Below, in pieces: positions 63,272 through 64,000 of a DNA stretch of 64,000 bases. The notes under the pieces are model-generated. The model searched no databases, was not told where the DNA came from, and saw nothing but the letters and a program-made list of their open reading frames with translations. Source of the DNA: Phoronis australis (Eukaryota; Animalia; Phoronida); NCBI GenBank assembly GCA_002633005.1, contig NMRA01000105.1, positions 536,010-600,009 on the forward strand. Direction: 5' to 3'. Each line of letters starts with the position of its first letter. The stretch's first letter is position 1. Position numbers and translations under genes: made by a program.

Positions 63272-64000
63272 AACGTATTCTGTTTCCCTTGAAAAAGTGA
63301 GTGCTGTAGAGACTGTATGGCCACACTTCAAATCCACTATATCTTCAGTTAGATTCTTGAAGAAATGTAGGCGAGAAGCAGTTCGTGAACTGGAGTTTCT
63401 GTGTGAACGTCAAATATCAGGGCCGATAACCCACTTGAGTCAATATTTATATTTAGTCAACTGAAAATAAAACTTCCGGATAGACTCGAGCATTCACCAA
63501 CAGGTGACACTGAAAAACACCCTTTCTCCGCGGAGAAAACCTTGGCCGCTACGGAAAAACCTTTCCGCCTCGGAGAAAACTTTTTTCCGCCAAAAAAATG
63601 TTGCCGCTTCTCCGCGGAGAATTTTTGTGGCATCGGAAAGGTTTTCTCTGTGGAGAAATCCGTAATGTTATTTTTTCAAAGTCACCTTTCTTCTCAGTCA
63701 AGTTTCCGGATTTCGAAAAGCTAGAAAGCTAATCTTTCTGGGTTTCAGAGTACTTTCACTCGCAATTTTGCTCATTGGAGCGCTTTTCACTCTTCAAAAA
63801 TCTTAGGCTCCTTCTTGGTAATCTGCGTCGGTATAACGGCTGCATTGCGGTCAAACACACTTCCTCCTTCAGTTTGCAACCAGCCGACTCGACCGACACA
63901 GTTTAGATCATTTCTTAATTCACTAAACGCATTATCCATTCCTCAACGTGAGTACCTTCTGACCGTCAAACCTAAGACGATGCTGTGTAGTCAAATATTA

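Overview
Eukaryotic (invertebrate-type, intron-rich, AT-rich) genomic window. Three protein-coding genes were reconstructed by hand from splice sites and reading-frame phase. (1) A 29-exon + strand gene (CDS 3263-36144, 7632 nt, 2543 aa) encoding a type I membrane mucin-like mosaic protein: signal peptide, Thr/Met-rich repeats, TSP1, EGF, NIDO, AMOP-like, VWD (GDPH), cadherin-like segment, about 20 further EGF/cbEGF repeats, TSP1, juxtamembrane region with an RLRR site, TM helix and short tail. (2) A convergent 9-exon - strand ADP-ribosylglycohydrolase gene (CDS 57581-42185, 360 aa). Its promoter and first coding exon occur in three copies (57552-57581, 61670-61699, 63236-63271), all able to splice in phase to the single exon 2 in this window. 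(3) A two-exon interleukin-17-like cytokine gene (49237-51248, +) nested antisense inside intron 5 of the hydrolase, with a kB-like site, TATA box and AU-rich 3'UTR. Introns carry many MITEs, a THAP/Kolobok-like deletion derivative, LINE and Penelope-like relics (the latter with a degenerate hammerhead-like motif) and several minisatellites. An assembly gap lies at 62682-62776. All gene models are sequence-only inferences without RNA or database support.
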